Notes: a model not told the origin generated them from the letters alone. Shown: positions 19,779 through 29,989, counted from the stretch's first letter. The stretch is DNA of 64,000 nucleotides from Oscillospiraceae bacterium (GCA_014799385.1 JAAVIC010000006.1:52037-116036), one strand, 5' to 3'. A program made the numbers and translations.

Positions 19779-20504
19779 TTAGTCATACGCTTCGCAGATA
19801 AACTTGAAATCCTCGGATTTGTCAATGTTATCCAGAACGTGCTTTTCGATGTATTCCTTGATATTAACGGCAGAAACGGCGAACAGCGTATCGCGGTAAT
19901 CCTCGTGTGAACACAACAGCATAACACGCAGAGTTTCACGGTCAATCTCTATTCTGCTCTCAACGGAGAAATTCCCGCTGTAATCGGCGCTCTTGGTATC
20001 TCCGCCGTTTTCATCAATAACCGCCTGCATTTCTGCGGGAGTGGCTGTCTTAACGGCAATATCCACCGCGTCACCGTCATAAAAGCTCTCGATAAAAATC
20101 CGCGCAAGCTTTTCATTCCGCTTTAATATCGCTTTTGCGAGCTTTTTCCGCTGCTTTTTGATAAACTCGTAAACGCTGTCATGCGAGGCTTTCATATTGA
20201 TGTATTTGATGTAGACCAACCTTATTTTGTCCTTGTCCGCAAGCTCGATTCTTTCAAGCTCTCCGCTGCCGTCATAGACGACCTTCAGCGTGTCCTTCAC
20301 CGCGTTTTCGGGAACGGAGTAAATTCTCGCAGTACCGTCCCATTTAATCATATCATAATCCAAAATATGGTATTCCTCATCATATTCCAGACACAGCATT
20401 CCGTCTGTTTCGCAATGATTTTCCTCGTCAAATTCCCGAGCGGTTGGAATCTCCTCGAGCTTAAATTCGCCGCTCTTGAATTGTATTGGAATGTCAAAAA
20501 ACAT
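19779..20504 (-). CDS. Acidic hypothetical protein inserted between rqcH and valS
   Basis: ORF with GGAGGT RBS before ATG 20504. Confidence 0.65.
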   Translation of the reverse strand: MFFDIPIQFKSGEFKLEEIPTAREFDEENHCETDGMLCLEYDEEYHILDYDMIKWDGTARIYSVPENAVKDTLKVVYDGSGELERIELADKDKIRLVYIKYINMKASHDSVYEFIKKQRKKLAKAILKRNEKLARIFIESFYDGDAVDIAVKTATPAEMQAVIDENGGDTKSADYSGNFSVESRIEIDRETLRVMLLCSHEDYRDTLFAVSAVNIKEYIEKHVLDNIDKSEDFKFICEAYD

Positions 20505-20519
20505 CTGTAAAACCTCCAT

Positions 20520-22271
20520 TTAATGATTGTCGCGCAGCCGTTCCACCGTTTCCTCACTCGGCGTAACATAAAGCGTCCTGTTGTTGGTAAATATCACCAT
20601 TCCGGGCTTTGCGCCGGCGGGTTTCTTGACGAACCTCACGGGAACATAATCCACGGGAACACCAGAACCCTCGCGCGCCTTGGAGTGGAATGCCGCAATC
20701 TGCGCGGCTTCGATCAGCGTCTGCTCGGAGGGCGGAGAGCCGTCCGTTTTCACGATAACGTGCGAACCCGCAATGTCCTTGACGTGCAGCCAGATGTCCG
20801 CAGCCTTGGCGGTTTTGAGAGTAAGCAAATCGTTTTGACGGTTGTTCTTGCCTACGAGAATTTCAAATCCGTCCGATGAACGATAACGGAGCGGCTCGGA
20901 TGGCTTCTTTGAAGGACGTTCGCCGCCCTTTGCCGCTCTGATGTAACCCTGTTCGCTAAGTTCACGGCGAATCTCGGCAAGCTCTGGATCGCTTTCGGTA
21001 CGCGAAACGCAGTCCAAAACGCTGTCGAGGTACGCAAGCTCCTCTTCATCGCCGCGAATCAGCTCGGTGAGCTTCTTCTCGGCAGTGTCCAGCTTGCGGT
21101 ATTCGGTGTAGTATTTCTGCGCGTTCTGCGCGGGGGTAAGACGCGCGTCCAGGGCGATTTCACGCGGTTCTCCGCTGAAAAAGTCCTCCAGAATGCATTT
21201 GGTCATTCCGCGCTCCAAACGGTAAATATTGGCATTTATCAGGTCGCCGCAGACTCGAAAAACCTCCCTTTCCCCGCATTCGGAAAGCTCCTTTTTGCGT
21301 GTTTCCAAGCGCCGCAAAACGCGTGAATATGCGGAAGAGAGCGTTTTCACAAGTTCCCGCGCACGCTGCCTTGCCGCTCCCGAACGGTCGGATTCCGTGT
21401 AGAATGCGTCCAAAAGCGCATTCGCGGAGGGAAACAAACGTTTGTTCATCACATCGCCGTATTGCCGAATATCCACGAAACAGAAATCCTTGTTCTTTCC
21501 GTTTTCGGAGAGCAAGGTGAACTCCGTCGGGGAGTTAAGCGACTTCCGCGCGTTTTCAAGAAATTCCTCTATCCGGGATTTGTCCGCCGCATTACAAGTC
21601 ACGTCCACATCATTCGCTGCATAGAACGCGCACTCCCGCGCGAAAATCGGCGAGATTCCCTCAAGCGTGTTCATCAAAGCCTTGGAGAGTCTGTCGCGGC
21701 TGTCCGAGAGCCGCGCGAGAATCTCCGAAACGTCCGCCGTGAGCAAATTCAAACGCTCCGAGCGGGGCGGCGGTTCGTACTCGCAATTCGGCAGCACGCG
21801 CCGCGCCGAATCGTCCGATTCCACTGCCGAAACGCGCCGAACGCTGTCTACGATTTTTCCGTTGCGCACGAGGATTATGTTGCTGTTTCGCCCCATAATC
21901 TCGGCGGTGAGCGTGTTTACAACCACATCGCCGATTTCGTTCACACATTCAAAATCAAAGAACAAAATCCGCTCCAGACCGTCCTGGCGAATGTCCACCA
22001 GCCGCCCGTTGCCGAGGTGCTTGCGCAGCAGCATACAGAACATCGGCGGGCTTGGGGGATTTTCAAATTCCGCAGATGTAAGATGAACCCGCGCGGCAGT
22101 GCTGTTCGCCGAGAATACAAGTGATTTTCGGCTCTTGTCCGCTCCATTCAGATTCCGCAGAGAAACTACGATTTCCTCACGCGAGGGCTGGTAGATTTTG
22201 TCAACCCGTGCGCCGATTAAACTGTTCAGTTCCTGTTTAACGCAATGCAAAAGCGCGCCGTCAAGCGACAT
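20520..22271 (-). CDS. rqcH: RqcH/FbpA (NFACT) ribosome quality control protein
   Basis: PPMFCMLLRKHL, EIMGRNSNIIL, GKNNRQND and WLHVKDIAGSHV motifs. Confidence 0.93.
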   Translation of the reverse strand: MSLDGALLHCVKQELNSLIGARVDKIYQPSREEIVVSLRNLNGADKSRKSLVFSANSTAARVHLTSAEFENPPSPPMFCMLLRKHLGNGRLVDIRQDGLERILFFDFECVNEIGDVVVNTLTAEIMGRNSNIILVRNGKIVDSVRRVSAVESDDSARRVLPNCEYEPPPRSERLNLLTADVSEILARLSDSRDRLSKALMNTLEGISPIFARECAFYAANDVDVTCNAADKSRIEEFLENARKSLNSPTEFTLLSENGKNKDFCFVDIRQYGDVMNKRLFPSANALLDAFYTESDRSGAARQRARELVKTLSSAYSRVLRRLETRKKELSECGEREVFRVCGDLINANIYRLERGMTKCILEDFFSGEPREIALDARLTPAQNAQKYYTEYRKLDTAEKKLTELIRGDEEELAYLDSVLDCVSRTESDPELAEIRRELSEQGYIRAAKGGERPSKKPSEPLRYRSSDGFEILVGKNNRQNDLLTLKTAKAADIWLHVKDIAGSHVIVKTDGSPPSEQTLIEAAQIAAFHSKAREGSGVPVDYVPVRFVKKPAGAKPGMVIFTNNRTLYVTPSEETVERLRDNH

Positions 22272-22295
22272 ACCGCCGCCCCCTTTCCGATTGAT

Positions 22296-22718
22296 TTACC
22301 GCTCTGTCTGCTCGGTCATAATTCCCCAACGTATTCCGAATTTATCAACGAAAACTACCCGACAAGAGCTATAAGGTGTAGCTTCCATTTGATATATTGT
22401 TTTGCTTCCGTCTTTCATAATTTCATACGCATGTTGAACTTCCTCTTTCGTATCGAACATAACCGTAAGGAAATTTGAATAACACGTTTGAAATTCAATA
22501 TCAACGTGGTCGTTCAAAATGATTCTTTGATTGCCCAATACAAGCTCCGAATGATATATAAAATCCTTTTGATTTTCTTTAAGCAGCGGATTATATTCGG
22601 GGTCGTTCGCTTCTCCATATGTAATCAGGCAAGAGATTTTTCCATTAAATGCCTTTTCATACATATGAATCGCTTCCCGACAATCCCCTCCAAAAGCTAT
22701 TGTAGGTACGATCTGCAT
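22296..22718 (-). CDS. VOC/PhnB-like glyoxalase family protein
   Basis: FGGDCREAIHMYEKAF, IYHSEL and DKFGIRW motifs; GGAG RBS. Confidence 0.8.
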   Translation of the reverse strand: MQIVPTIAFGGDCREAIHMYEKAFNGKISCLITYGEANDPEYNPLLKENQKDFIYHSELVLGNQRIILNDHVDIEFQTCYSNFLTVMFDTKEEVQHAYEIMKDGSKTIYQMEATPYSSCRVVFVDKFGIRWGIMTEQTER

Positions 22719-22758
22719 TTTTGCGCTCCTTTTACGCCAATCCCGATTTACCGGTATT

Positions 22759-23529
22759 TTACACATACCCGCACGGGTCGCATTCCTTTTCCGCGCTGAA
22801 CACGGGAACCTCGCGGAACATCTCCGTAAGCAGCTTGGCGAACAGATTCGCGGCGGATTTCTCCGTGCCGTAATGCCCCGCGTCAATCAGCGTCATTCCG
22901 CAGTTTTCAGCCTCTATCCAGAAGTTGTGCTTGATGTCGCCCGAGATTATCGCGTCACAGCCGTTCTCTCGCGCAAGGCGCATTATATCACGGTCGACAC
23001 CGCCGCCGCAGCACACCGCGATTCGTTTAATGGCGCGGTTTTGACGGCTGTACCGAACGGATTCGAGGTCGAGCTTGTTCTTACAATGCTCGGCAAGGGA
23101 TTTGGGAGAAAATTCCAGTGCGATGTCGCATATCGCTCCGTAACCGATATTACCGTGAGTTACATCGAGAACTCCCGCGCTCTCGAACTCTAAAAGCTCC
23201 ACCAACGTATCATTCACGCCGTTCGGTGCAATATCGAAATTCGTGTGCATGGCGATTGCGGCAATATTGTTCCGAACCAGCTCCGTTACTGGATTCCACT
23301 CCGCAAGGGACTTCAGACCGTCGAAAATCACGGGGTGATGTGACACTATCAGATTCGCCTTTTTGTCGATTGCCTCCGAAATTATACCGTGGGTAATATC
23401 CAGACAGCAGCATATTCCCGTCAGTTCCGCCTCTGGATCGCCGACCAACAGCCCCACATTATCATAGCTCATCGCAGTATCAAACGGAGCTTTTCCGCTC
23501 AGATACTCAACTACATCTGAAATTTTCAT
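22759..23529 (-). CDS. Nif3-like dinuclear metal centre protein
   Basis: DNVGLLVG, SHHP, HTNFD, GDIKH and DAGHYGTE motifs. Confidence 0.93.
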   Translation of the reverse strand: MKISDVVEYLSGKAPFDTAMSYDNVGLLVGDPEAELTGICCCLDITHGIISEAIDKKANLIVSHHPVIFDGLKSLAEWNPVTELVRNNIAAIAMHTNFDIAPNGVNDTLVELLEFESAGVLDVTHGNIGYGAICDIALEFSPKSLAEHCKNKLDLESVRYSRQNRAIKRIAVCCGGGVDRDIMRLARENGCDAIISGDIKHNFWIEAENCGMTLIDAGHYGTEKSAANLFAKLLTEMFREVPVFSAEKECDPCGYV

Positions 23530-23634
23530 ACGCTCACCTCTATACGGTATGTAATATTATTACAATAATCAACAAAATATAGCATCAATATATTTTACAA
23601 ATAGTAATATTACGATATGGTTTGACAGAATGTA

Positions 23635-24294
23635 TCACGATTTCATACTCTTGGACTTCTCTTCGATTGCTGACGCGAGATTGCGCAAATGCTCCGCTTG
23701 CTCGGCGAATGAGGGAGATTTTTCCATTTTATCGGCATTTTTTCGCAACTTCTCGGCGATTTTGGATAATAAATTACAGTCTGTAATTTTTCCCGTGAGC
23801 GCAAAAACCTCGTCTATTTCACGCGGAGAACCGCAGAACTGCGCCAGAATCACGGAATACGCTTTTCCATTGTCATATGCAGCGCGTTCCTCCAGAATTT
23901 CAAAGCCCGCGCTGTAAAGCCATCGCCGCAGAACATCCGCCTTGGTCATCGGTTGGAGGATAAACTGCGTATCGCCGTTCAGAAAGCGGCAGCCGCCGAT
24001 TATCTCGGCAATCAGTTCGCCGCCCATTCCGCAGATTATCACATCGTCCGCGAAGTCGATTTCATGAAGACCATCGGACTTCACAATTTCAACATTCGTG
24101 ACTCCGCATTCCGAAACTGTTCTGCGAGCCGCTTCAAGCGGTCCGTCACGCAAATCGGACGCGATGACTGCCGCCGATTTGGTCTGCGCAAGATAGCAGG
24201 CGAGCTGCGCGTGGTCGCACCCGACATCAACGGCAATTTTGCCGTTTCTGCACAGCTCCGCCGCTGTCTTAAGCCGATTGTTCAGCGTAATCAA
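23635..24294 (-). CDS. trmK: tRNA (adenine22-N1)-methyltransferase
   Basis: DVGCDHAQL, SDG, ICGMGG and LQPM motifs; adjacent to nif3. Confidence 0.9.
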   Translation of the reverse strand: MITLNNRLKTAAELCRNGKIAVDVGCDHAQLACYLAQTKSAAVIASDLRDGPLEAARRTVSECGVTNVEIVKSDGLHEIDFADDVIICGMGGELIAEIIGGCRFLNGDTQFILQPMTKADVLRRWLYSAGFEILEERAAYDNGKAYSVILAQFCGSPREIDEVFALTGKITDCNLLSKIAEKLRKNADKMEKSPSFAEQAEHLRNLASAIEEKSKSMKS

Positions 24295-24491
24295 TTGCCG
24301 AGAGCCTTGTTGAGCTGTTCAACAATTTCATCCGCGTCAACCGAGTGCACCATACAAGCTTGTCCAACGCTCTCTCCGCGTGCGGACGGGCAGCCGAGAC
24401 AGTGCATTCCCATTCCCAGAAAAATGGGAGCGGCAGCCTCGCCGTTAAAATCCAGAATATCACCGATAATGGTATCAACAGTTACTTTCAT
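24291..24491 (-). CDS. DUF1858 domain protein
   Basis: GMHCLGCPSARGESVGQACMVH motif; 66 aa; AGGAG RBS. Confidence 0.88.
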   Translation of the reverse strand: MKVTVDTIIGDILDFNGEAAAPIFLGMGMHCLGCPSARGESVGQACMVHSVDADEIVEQLNKALGN

Positions 24492-24794
24492 TTTTATTCT
24501 CCTGTATGAATTATTTGAAGCGGAAGTATAGTCCGACTCCATTTTATTATTATACCACATTTTTTGCGATTTGTCTACTACTAATTTGCTAAAATTTGCA
24601 TGAAGGAGCAGACCGTGACAGCTTTTTTCAATAATTCAGGTCTGCCGAGAACATTTGGATTAGCGGTCAAAAAATTGTGTTGACAAACACAAAATTGTAT
24701 GTTATAATAAGTATAATTATAGGTTTGTTAATTTACGAAAGGACGGTGAGTTGGAGCACGGCGGCGAAGGTACTTTGCCGTACTCCGAACGGTT

Positions 24795-26432
24795 ATGGAG
24801 AAGATACTTATTATTGACGATTCCGAGATGAATCGTGAGATTCTCGGCGAAATGCTCGGCGGGGATTATGAGATTCTCGAGTGTGACAACGGTGTGGACG
24901 GTATCCGAATGATCAAAGAGCAGGGTACGGGTATATCGCTCGTTCTGTTGGATATGGTTATGCCCGAAATGGACGGCATCGAGGTCCTGGATATTATGGG
25001 CAAAAACGGTTGGCTTGCCGACATTCCCGTGATAATGATAAGCTCCGAGGATTCTCCCGAGGTAATACATAAGGCTTACGAGTTGGGAGTTACCGAGTAT
25101 ATGCGGCGACCGTTCGACCAGTTGATCGTCCGTAAGCGGTGTCAAAATACCATTATGCTGTACTCTAAGCAGAAGAAGCTCGTAGGTTTGTTCGCCGACC
25201 AGTTCTATGAGCGCGAGAAAAATTCCCGCCTGATGACCGATATTCTGGCGCATATTGTGGAATTTCGCAACAACGAGTGCGCTATGCACGTCATTAATGT
25301 TCAGCGATATACGGAGATTTTGCTGAAGGAATTGGTAAATGTTACCGATAAATACGATGTATCGGACAGCGATATTTCGATGATTTCCAATTGTTCCGCG
25401 CTTCACGATGTGGGAAAAATCGGAATCCCCGATGAGATACTGAACAAGCCGGGTCGGTTCACCGATGAGGAGTTCAAGATTATGAAGTCGCACAGCGCGT
25501 TGGGTGCGCAGATGCTGAACGATTTGCCGTTCCACCGTGAGGAACCGTTGGTGAAGATGGCTTACGGAATCGCGCGTTGGCATCACGAACGTTGGGACGG
25601 GCGCGGTTATCCCGATGGATTAAAGGGCGATGATATTCCGATTTCGGCTCAGGTGGTGTCGTTAGCGGACGTGTATGACGCGCTGACCTCCGAGCGGTGC
25701 TACAAAAAAGCGTTTTCGCACGAAACCGCTATCGAGATGATCTCCAAAGGCGAATGCGGCTGCTTTAACCCGATTTTGATGCAGTGTATGATGAACACCC
25801 AAGAGGAGCTGCGGCTTGTCAAAGAGGGCAGCGGTTCGAACATCAAGGGCGAGGCTGAAATCAAGGATTTTGCACGCGAACTGCTCAAGTCCGATGCGCT
25901 TTATTCCTCCGACCGCCTGCTGCACCTGTTGGAGTACGAGAAGATGAAGAACCGTTTCTTCGAGGGAATCACCGGTGGCTGTTCGTTTGAGTACAACGCG
26001 GCTTCCAAGCTGCTTACGCTGTCCAAAAAGGCGGCGGAATCCATCGGTGTGGACGAAACCATCATCGACCCCGTTCACAATGAGAAGCTGATTGAAATAT
26101 TCGGCAAAGAGACGCTGAAAACGCTCGCCTCAAAGCTCCGCGCAATGCTCCCGGAGCGCCCGATTACGCAGTTTTATCTCCATCAGATAGTCGCTGTAAA
26201 GCCCGGCGAGAGCGCGCCCGTACAGAGCTTCCGTATTTCGTTTGCGGCGGAGGAAAGCGCGCATTATCCCGCGGACACCAAATGCAATGTTTACAAGCTG
26301 GTATGCCGCACCACATGGACTCTTGAGGAGCCTCAGCGATACACGGGCGCTATCGGCAAGCTCGTTACAATGGCGGAAGATTACGGATTTATGAAAGGAA
26401 CTGATATTAATGACGTTAGAGGCTTGTTATAA
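24795..26432 (+). CDS. Response regulator receiver plus HD-GYP phosphodiesterase with C-terminal extension
   Basis: LIIDD...LLDMVMP receiver domain; LHDVGK and HHERWDGRGYP motifs. Confidence 0.9.
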   Translation: MEKILIIDDSEMNREILGEMLGGDYEILECDNGVDGIRMIKEQGTGISLVLLDMVMPEMDGIEVLDIMGKNGWLADIPVIMISSEDSPEVIHKAYELGVTEYMRRPFDQLIVRKRCQNTIMLYSKQKKLVGLFADQFYEREKNSRLMTDILAHIVEFRNNECAMHVINVQRYTEILLKELVNVTDKYDVSDSDISMISNCSALHDVGKIGIPDEILNKPGRFTDEEFKIMKSHSALGAQMLNDLPFHREEPLVKMAYGIARWHHERWDGRGYPDGLKGDDIPISAQVVSLADVYDALTSERCYKKAFSHETAIEMISKGECGCFNPILMQCMMNTQEELRLVKEGSGSNIKGEAEIKDFARELLKSDALYSSDRLLHLLEYEKMKNRFFEGITGGCSFEYNAASKLLTLSKKAAESIGVDETIIDPVHNEKLIEIFGKETLKTLASKLRAMLPERPITQFYLHQIVAVKPGESAPVQSFRISFAAEESAHYPADTKCNVYKLVCRTTWTLEEPQRYTGAIGKLVTMAEDYGFMKGTDINDVRGLL

Positions 26433-26763
26433 CGCGCTCGGTTCGGATTACAAGACCGCGCTGAGCCGTATGGGCGGTTCGGAGAAACTATTGGCGAAGT
26501 TTGCGCGGAAGTTCCCGAACGACCCAACTATGCCCGCGCTGCTTGAAGCGTTTGAGGGAAAGGATTGGCAGACGGCGTTCCGTATGGCGCACACGCTTAA
26601 AGGGTTGTGCGCGAATCTCGGGTTGGATAAGCTGCAGCAGTCCTCGGCGGAGCTTACGGAGGCTTTGCGCAATACCGTTGCGGATAATGCTGACCAGCTT
26701 TTGGAACAGGTTCGCGCCGATTACGATATGACTGTCGGAATAATAAACGACCTTGACGAATAG
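26410..26763 (+). CDS. Hpt (histidine phosphotransfer) domain protein
   Basis: AFRMAHTLKGLCANLG motif; overlaps the upstream gene. Confidence 0.88.
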   Translation: MTLEACYNALGSDYKTALSRMGGSEKLLAKFARKFPNDPTMPALLEAFEGKDWQTAFRMAHTLKGLCANLGLDKLQQSSAELTEALRNTVADNADQLLEQVRADYDMTVGIINDLDE

Positions 26764-26767
26764 TTCC

Positions 26768-26843
26768 GGAGGAAGTGCAAATCGCTTAACGAGCGCAGAT
26801 GAGTTTACTCATCTGCGCGTTATCGAATTTGCTAATTTAAGAT
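26768..26843 (+). repeat. Modular leader repeat, copy 5, between GGAGG and the ATG of the MBL gene
   Basis: GGAGGAAGTGCAAATCG...hairpin...CGAATTTGCTAATTTAAGAT-ATG. Confidence 0.7.
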
Positions 26844-27719
26844 ATGTACGAATTAAATCAAGTCGGCGAACGCACCTATTACATTCAGTCCCCGGTGAAA
26901 ATCGGAGTTTACGCAGCGGATAACGGTGTGTACCTTATTGACAGCGGCAATGACAAGGATATGGGGCGGAGGGTGCGCAAAGTCCTTGACGAGCACGGTT
27001 GGAATTTGTTGGGAATACTGAACACCCACTCCAATTCCGACCACATCGGCGGAAACGCGTATCTGCAAAAGCAGACGGGCTGCAAAATCTTTTCGGGCGG
27101 GATTGAAAAATGCTTCACCGAGCATACGATTCTTGAACCCGCGTTTCTATACGGGGGATTCCCGTGTGCGGATTTGCGGCACAAGTTTCTTTTGGCGGAG
27201 GAGAGCGAAGTAACTGATTTTTCCGCTCCCGAATTTCCGTCAGAGGTGGAGATAATTCCGCTGCCGGGGCACTTTTTCGATATGGTGGGATTCCGCACAC
27301 CCGATGATGTGGTGTTCCTCGCGGACTGCCTGTCGAGCCGCGCAACCCTGGAAAAATACGGAATCACATTTATTTATGATGTCGCGGAGTATCTGAAAAC
27401 GCTCGAATACGTAAAGGCAATGAAGGCGAAAATGTTTGTCCCGTCCCACGCGGACGCAGCCGAAAATATCACGGAGCTGGCTCAGTTCAACATTGACAAG
27501 GTGAACGAAATCGCCGAGAAAATTCTCGGAATATGTTCCGAGCCAATGAGCTTTGAGAGTATTCTGGCGCGGTTGTTCATCGAGTACGGACTGAAAATGA
27601 CGTTTGAGCAGAATGTTCTTGTCGGCAGCACCGTGCGCTCGTATCTCGCGTGGCTGCGCGATTCGGGGCGGTTGGAGGTTCTGTTTGAGGAAAATTATAT
27701 GTTATTCAGACGCAGTTAA
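26844..27719 (+). CDS. MBL-fold metallo-hydrolase
   Basis: THSNSDHIGG, PGH, AD and PSH metal-binding motifs. Confidence 0.88.
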   Translation: MYELNQVGERTYYIQSPVKIGVYAADNGVYLIDSGNDKDMGRRVRKVLDEHGWNLLGILNTHSNSDHIGGNAYLQKQTGCKIFSGGIEKCFTEHTILEPAFLYGGFPCADLRHKFLLAEESEVTDFSAPEFPSEVEIIPLPGHFFDMVGFRTPDDVVFLADCLSSRATLEKYGITFIYDVAEYLKTLEYVKAMKAKMFVPSHADAAENITELAQFNIDKVNEIAEKILGICSEPMSFESILARLFIEYGLKMTFEQNVLVGSTVRSYLAWLRDSGRLEVLFEENYMLFRRS

Positions 27720-27734
27720 AGAGGAGTAACAAAA

Positions 27735-28460
27735 ATGCAGCTATACGAGGGAGATTCATACCGAAATATGTATGATACCGAGGAATACAACAGTATGATT
27801 GAACGTCAGAAATACGTTCTGGACGAGAAGTATTTCTCCAGGCGTGAAATCACTGAGCTGCCCGAGGGGTATATTCTGGAAACCGCAGTATACGGAGATA
27901 CGGAGCAGGTCGGAAAAAGTCATTTTGTAACCAAGGCGGCATTGGTTAAATGCACGCTGAAGCGTAGCGGCGAAACAGTTCACGAGTGGATTTCCACCTA
28001 TTCGCACCCGCGCGAGTTCACCGAGTTTATACAGCACAGCAACGGGCATAAATACTACCCGTTCCACGTGGATTTGTACGGAATCAGCTTTCTGGAGCTT
28101 GATACGCTGAAGGTGTTCAACTACGTTCCCGAGGGGTATCAGCACGATTCCGAATATCCGCTCGGCGAGTCGTTCATCATCACCGATTTGCACTACGATA
28201 TAAACACGGATTTTATCGCGTTCGGCGGGTGCTTCTGGGCGGGCACGTACGATGTGATGGTTATGAAGCTCCCCGATCCGCTGGATTTCGAGATGAAAAT
28301 GGTGGGAATCCACGATATTATAGAGCCGGATTGGGACATTTACGACGACATAGATTTCGCGGAATGGCGGGGCGATAAGCTTTTGGTTACGGCATACGAA
28401 AATAGGGATAAGGTCGAATTTGCGGTCGAAATCGCGGAGATAGAAAAGAGGCTTAAATAA
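27735..28460 (+). CDS. Acidic hypothetical protein
   Basis: 241-aa ORF with GAGGAG RBS; coupled to rmuC. Confidence 0.7.
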   Translation: MQLYEGDSYRNMYDTEEYNSMIERQKYVLDEKYFSRREITELPEGYILETAVYGDTEQVGKSHFVTKAALVKCTLKRSGETVHEWISTYSHPREFTEFIQHSNGHKYYPFHVDLYGISFLELDTLKVFNYVPEGYQHDSEYPLGESFIITDLHYDINTDFIAFGGCFWAGTYDVMVMKLPDPLDFEMKMVGIHDIIEPDWDIYDDIDFAEWRGDKLLVTAYENRDKVEFAVEIAEIEKRLK

Positions 28461-29944
28461 TGGATATTGTAACGTTGGTTTGCTGCGGGGTAAATTTAGT
28501 CCTTTTGGTGATTCTGCTGGTTAAAGTGTTCGGGCAAAAATCAGATGACAAAGGGATAACCGAGCTTCGCAATCAATTGGAGGTGCTGAAACAGACAAGC
28601 TCCGCAGATAACTCGCGGTTGATTGAGCAGTCCGCGCGGCAAGGAGAATCCGCAGTGAATCAAATCATCAAGCTCGGCGAGAATCTGTCCGTTTCACAGG
28701 ACAGACAGCAGACGCGCACCGCCGAGATACTTGACAAGATAAGTTCCGAAATGAAAGGATTGCGTAGCGAAAATCAACAGAGCCTTGAAAAAATCAACGT
28801 CATAGTCACCGAGAAAATGCAGAAAACGCTGGACGAAAAGCTGAACGGCGCGTTTGAAACAGTGGTTCAGAATATGTCGCAGCTTGGAAAAATGCTCACC
28901 GATTCGCAGAACACAAGCCGCAAAATCACTGCCGAAAAGCTGGAGGCTCTGGAGCGGAATTTCGAGGTTATCCGCAAGGAAATCAACTCCACGCTTAAGG
29001 ACATTCAAAGCTCCAATTTCAGCAGTATGGAAAAACTCCGCCGCGAGAATCAAGAAAGTCTTGACAAGATAAACAACACGGTAAACGAAAAGCTGCAAAA
29101 GACTTTGGACGACCGCATAGCAAAGTCGTTTGAGATGGTGAACAGCCGTCTTGAAGAGGTCTACAAAGGGCTTGGCGAGATGAAGAACGTTGCTGCGGGA
29201 GTGTCCGATTTGAAGAACGTTTTGGCGAACGTCAAAACGCGCGGAACGTTGGGCGAAATCCAACTCGGCGCAATTCTCTCGGAGATTCTTGCGCCGGAGC
29301 AGTTCGCCGAGCAAGTTGCGGTTACTCCGCGCGGCGCGGAAAAGGTAGACTTCGCGGTAAAGCTTCCCGGCGCGGAAAACGGCGAATGCGTTTATCTGCC
29401 GATAGACTCCAAGTTCCCCGGAGATACCTACGCGAACCTTATTGACGCATACAATTCCGGTGACGCGGAGCTGCTGAAATCCAAGCGAAAGGTTCTCGAA
29501 ACAGAGATTCTCCGCTGCGCGAAAAGCATTCGCGACAAGTACATAAATCCCCCATATACCACTAATTTCGCGATAATGTTCCTGCCGTTTGAGGGGCTGT
29601 ATGCAGAGGTGGTAAATATGGGTATGGTTGAGCGGCTACAACGGGAGTGTTCCGTTAATATCGCCGGACCGTCCACAATGGCGGCGATGCTGAACAGTCT
29701 GCAAATGGGATTCAAAACCCTCGCGATACAGAAAAAGAGCGGCGAGGTGTGGAAAATTCTGGAATCCGCGAAAAAGGAGTTTGCGACTTTTGAATCGGTT
29801 CTCACCAAGACGCGTGAACGCTTGCGTCAGGCGGACGAAGAACTCGAAAAACTTGTTGGAACACGCACCAATCAGATTAACCGCAAGCTCGCCGCAATCT
29901 CTCTGCCGGATTCCGATAACAAGGATTTACAGTTGACAACTTAA
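28460..29944 (+). CDS. rmuC: DNA recombination protein RmuC
   Basis: KTRGTLGEIQL, VDFAVKLPG, LPIDSKFP and FAIMFLPFEGLYAEV motifs; N-terminal transmembrane helix and coiled coil. Confidence 0.92.
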   Translation: MDIVTLVCCGVNLVLLVILLVKVFGQKSDDKGITELRNQLEVLKQTSSADNSRLIEQSARQGESAVNQIIKLGENLSVSQDRQQTRTAEILDKISSEMKGLRSENQQSLEKINVIVTEKMQKTLDEKLNGAFETVVQNMSQLGKMLTDSQNTSRKITAEKLEALERNFEVIRKEINSTLKDIQSSNFSSMEKLRRENQESLDKINNTVNEKLQKTLDDRIAKSFEMVNSRLEEVYKGLGEMKNVAAGVSDLKNVLANVKTRGTLGEIQLGAILSEILAPEQFAEQVAVTPRGAEKVDFAVKLPGAENGECVYLPIDSKFPGDTYANLIDAYNSGDAELLKSKRKVLETEILRCAKSIRDKYINPPYTTNFAIMFLPFEGLYAEVVNMGMVERLQRECSVNIAGPSTMAAMLNSLQMGFKTLAIQKKSGEVWKILESAKKEFATFESVLTKTRERLRQADEELEKLVGTRTNQINRKLAAISLPDSDNKDLQLTT

Positions 29945-29989
29945 AAAACATATGGTATAATATAAGTATGAATGCTTTTATTATACATT

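Noticed and set aside
19721-19800. T-box leader for valS
   Set aside because: valS is operon-internal with no room for a T-box and no T-box consensus.
17078-19945. ORF-track N-terminal extensions (valS 19945, tgt 9127, 15784, 16334, 22886, 24560, 38610, 56646, 56907, 63964)
   Set aside because: They overlap upstream genes, promoters or repeats; downstream ATGs fit better by RBS and/or homology.
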